In this document: in pieces, positions 61,170-64,000 of the stretch
How the letters are laid out: each line of letters begins with the position of its first letter
Numbering within the stretch: position 1 is the first letter of the stretch
Assembly (NCBI GenBank): GCA_947629135.1
Contig: CANRCN010000001.1
Span: forward strand, 411-64,410
DNA length: 64,000 bases
Direction: 5' to 3'
DNA from: an uncultured Bacilli bacterium
Lineage (GTDB): Bacteria > Bacillota_I > Bacilli_A > RF39 > UBA660
Made by a program: the position numbers and the translations under genes
The notes under the pieces: generated by a model
What the model was told of the DNA's origin: nothing
The model's database searches: none
What the model saw: only the letters and a program-made list of their open reading frames with translations

Positions 61170-62756
61170 GTGTATAGCAATATAATACAATCGCCAAATT
61201 TTTATAGAGTAGGTTTATATATAAGATTATCAGAAAGTGATGAAGGTAAGTCTTATGAATCAGAAAGTGAAAGTATTATTAATCAAAGAAATTTATTAAT
61301 GAGTTTTGTAAAGCAAAATGAATTTACCTTTGTTGATGAGTATATTGATGATGGATTTACTGGTACTAATTTTGATAGACCTGGCTTTAAAAGATTACTT
61401 GAAGATATTGAAAACGGAAGAATAAATTGTGTCATAACAAAGGATTTATCTAGACTTGGTAGAAATTATGTTACTTGTGGTTATTATGTAGATGAATATT
61501 TTCTTCTAAAAAAAGTTAGATATATTGCTGTACTTGATCAAGTAGATACTTTTTTAAATAATGTTGGTAACGAAATGATACCTTTTAAATCAGTATTTAA
61601 TGATATGACAAGTAGAGATAATTCTAAAAAGATACGTTCTATTTTAAGAAATAAAAAAGAGGATGGAAAATTTATTGGAAGTGAACCTAGCTTTGGTTAT
61701 ATGCGAGATCCAGAAGATAAAGGACATTTATTACCAAATCCCGAAACTGCTTTTATTGTTAAAAAAATATTTGAAATGGCAAATAGTGGTATAAGTGTTA
61801 GTGATATTGCAAGTTATCTTAATGATTGTAAATATCCAACACCAAGTTTATACAAAAAGAAAGAAGGCTCAAAGCAAAAAATTAATCCAATATGGACTGT
61901 TTCATCAGTAAAAAAAATACTAAGAAATCAAATGTATACAGGTGATATGGTACAAAATGTCCAAACTAAAATATCATACAAATCTCAAAAGAAAGTTGCT
62001 CTTAATAAAGAAGCATGGATAATTGTTCCAGATACTCATGAACCATTAGTTAGTAAAGAAATATTTAATAAAGTTCAAAGTAATGTTAAAAGAAAGCAGA
62101 AAACACAAACTGATAGAGAAAAAAGATTATTTGAAAATCTTATTTATTGTCAGGAATGTGGTAATACTTTAACAGTTACTTACCGAAAAAATCATGATTA
62201 TTGGACTGTTAATTGTAATAGATATTCAAGAGATCCAAGAAGACATTTATGTTATCCTCATTTTATGCCTTATGATAAATTAGAAGAAGCACTATTAAGT
62301 ACTATTAAAAGTACTTGTAAGAAATATTTGGATGAGATTGATGTTAAATCGTTAGCACAGCTTATAAATGATAAAAACATTTCTAAAGAAAGTTCAACAG
62401 AAGAAATTAATTTTTTAAATAAAAAAATTAAAGAATACAATACTAAAATTGATATGCTATATGATGATAAATTTAAAGGTAATATTTCGGAAGATACTTA
62501 TAAAAGATTATCAAGAGAAACAGAAATATTATTAAATCAATCTAAATCTAGAATAGAAGAATTACAAAAAGTAGATAAAAAGAAAAAAGAATCTACAAAG
62601 GAAGTGCAAAACTATGAAGAAAAGATTAAGAAATTAATAAATCTTGATAATCCAAGTAGAGAATTATTACAATCCATTATTGACAAGATAGTAATTGATA
62701 AAGATAGAAACATTGAAATTTTATATAAATTTAGTTTATTAAATGACTTTGATTAA
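61170..62756 (+). CDS. large serine recombinase (resolvase/invertase catalytic domain + recombinase domain + zinc ribbon + coiled coil)
   Basis: N-terminal 'RVGLYIRLSESDEG' with the catalytic Ser, 'DLSRLGRN' motif, zinc-ribbon 'CQECGNT...C..C', long C-terminal coiled coil; AAAGGAG RBS 6 nt before GTG 61170. Confidence 0.85.
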   Translation: MYSNIIQSPNFYRVGLYIRLSESDEGKSYESESESIINQRNLLMSFVKQNEFTFVDEYIDDGFTGTNFDRPGFKRLLEDIENGRINCVITKDLSRLGRNYVTCGYYVDEYFLLKKVRYIAVLDQVDTFLNNVGNEMIPFKSVFNDMTSRDNSKKIRSILRNKKEDGKFIGSEPSFGYMRDPEDKGHLLPNPETAFIVKKIFEMANSGISVSDIASYLNDCKYPTPSLYKKKEGSKQKINPIWTVSSVKKILRNQMYTGDMVQNVQTKISYKSQKKVALNKEAWIIVPDTHEPLVSKEIFNKVQSNVKRKQKTQTDREKRLFENLIYCQECGNTLTVTYRKNHDYWTVNCNRYSRDPRRHLCYPHFMPYDKLEEALLSTIKSTCKKYLDEIDVKSLAQLINDKNISKESSTEEINFLNKKIKEYNTKIDMLYDDKFKGNISEDTYKRLSRETEILLNQSKSRIEELQKVDKKKKESTKEVQNYEEKIKKLINLDNPSRELLQSIIDKIVIDKDRNIEILYKFSLLNDFD

Positions 62757-62758
62757 TA

Positions 62759-63016
62759 GAAGTTAGTTTATACTAACTTCGTACATATAGAGGCGAAATA
62801 CAAAGAATTATGTGCAAAATTTTATAAATAACTTCTGTTCAACTTGGGGAGAAGTTAATATTAAAAAACATATTATTGTTATATTTAATTAAAGTTTAAC
62901 TTCGTGACAGGCTGGCACGAAGTTAAAAAAAATATATTTTAAAATTTAGTACATTATAATAATGGTGTAATAATTTTTAAAAATCAAAAGTTATTACGCT
63001 TAATCGTAATAACTTT
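62759..63016. repeat. cluster of four palindromes sharing AAGTT/AACTT outer arms immediately 3' of the recombinase gene
   Basis: IR1 62759-62780 'gaagttagt-ttat-actaacttc'; IR2 62841-62856 'aactt-ggggag-aagtt'; IR3 62886-62916 'ttaacttcgtg-acaggctgg-cacgaagttaa'; IR4 62987-63016 'aaagttattacg-cttaat-cgtaataacttt'. Confidence 0.5.
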
Positions 63017-63060
63017 ACAAAAATATGAAAATGATATATAATGTAATCAGAGGTGATTTA

Positions 63061-64000
63061 TATGCTTTTAAGAGAAGATTACTTATCTAAAATAAGAGGA
63101 TTTTATGATTCAGATTTAATTAAAATATTAGTAGGTATAAGAAGATGTGGAAAATCAGTTATTTTAAATCAAATAATAGAAGAATTAAAAGAAAAAAGGA
63201 AAATAGATGAAGAGCATATAATATTTATTAATTTTGAATTTATTGAATTTGAAGAATTATTAGATTATAAAAAATTAAATAAATATATAAAAGATAAAAT
63301 TAAAGATGATAAGATTTATTATTTGTTTTTGGATGAAATTCAGAATGTAGATAATTTTGAAAAAGTTGTTAATTCTTTGCGTGCTCAGATAAAAAATATA
63401 AGTATATTTTTGACTGGATCTAATAGTAAAATGTTATCAGATGAGTTATCATCAGTTTTATCTGGTAGATATGTTTTATTTAATATAAATCCTCTATCTT
63501 ATAAAGAATATGTGTCTTTAACCAAAAAAGATGGAAAGGACTTAAATACTTTTTGGGATTATGCTAAATGGGGAGGACTTCCAAATAGATGTGAATTTAC
63601 AAATGAAATAGATATTAAAAATTATCTTCATAGTGTATATGATTCTATTATTTTAAGAGATGTTGTAAAAAGATTAAATTTAAAGGATACTATTCTTTTT
63701 GATATTATTTTACAATATTTGATTGAAACCGCCGGTCGTGAATTTTCTGCTGATAATATTATAAAATATTTAGATAAAGAAAATAAGAAAATATCTAATG
63801 AAACACTTTACAATTATATAGATGCTTTGTGTAAGGCATTAATACTTAAAAAGGTGTATAGATATGATATTGCTGGTAAAAGTGTATTAAAAACATTAAA
63901 TAAGTATTATGCAACTGATTTAGGAATTGCTCAAATTAAAAATAATAATCCTGAATTTAAAAGTTATGTTGTTTTAGAAAATATTGTTTATAATGAATTA
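63061..64000 (+). CDS. AAA/DUF4143-type ATPase (P-loop NTPase), 3' end outside window
   Basis: Open frame from ATG 63061 to the window edge; Walker A 'GIRRCGKS', Walker B 'LFLDEIQ'; AGAGGTGA RBS; TATATAAT -10 upstream. Confidence 0.55.

Overview
This is AT-rich (about 25% GC) Gram-positive DNA that looks Clostridium-like. I would not name the species from sequence alone. The window holds four blocks:

- **1-5.5 kb:** a tasA/camelysin-like gene (5' end outside the window), a sipW-type signal peptidase, an Ig-domain polysaccharide deacetylase, and a uracil permease (NCS2 family) preceded by a leader-peptide plus terminator attenuator.
- **5.7-10.3 kb (minus strand):** an operon of transglutaminase-like surface protein, MBOAT, DltD-like SGNH protein and lipoprotein.
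- **11.6-53.3 kb:** a single-orientation Wzy-dependent capsule/exopolysaccharide locus of more than 40 kb, with the genes in this order:
  - chain-length and tyrosine-kinase regulators: cpsC/wzz, cpsD BY-kinase, cpsB PHP phosphatase;
  - the initiating amino-sugar route: PglF/PglE/PglC-like 4-amino-4,6-dideoxyhexose route with a sugar N-formyltransferase and a Fem/GNAT-like transferase;
  - core glycosyltransferases and export: four GT4, one GT2, Wzy, Wzx and an epimerase;
  - core decoration genes: hexapeptide acetyltransferase, pyruvyl transferase, Ugd, two ATP-grasp ligases (TupA-like and ST type), and an FrhB-like FeS flavoprotein with a nitroreductase;
  - distal decoration island (37.5-53.3 kb): MBOAT/DltD-like pairs, acyltransferase-3 paralogues, thiolase with a PhaB-like reductase, a Gtr-like GT-C/GtrA/GT2 set, and a kinase plus nucleotidyltransferase plus HAD activation trio.

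  This distal island carries three poly-G tracts (G10, G8, G11) placed at gene 5' ends, plus one duplicated MBOAT remnant and two identical promoters. An (AT)17 tract interrupts the FrhB-like gene further upstream. Together these look like a phase-variable, cassette-shuffled capsule decoration system.
- **53.4-64 kb:** four Nudix hydrolases, an ABC-F ATPase and a PTP-like phosphatase, then a truncated cell-wall amidase gene followed by a probable integrated element carrying an AIPR abortive-infection gene, a large serine recombinase with an adjacent palindrome cluster, and a DUF4143 ATPase.

No rRNA, tRNA or CRISPR array was found.
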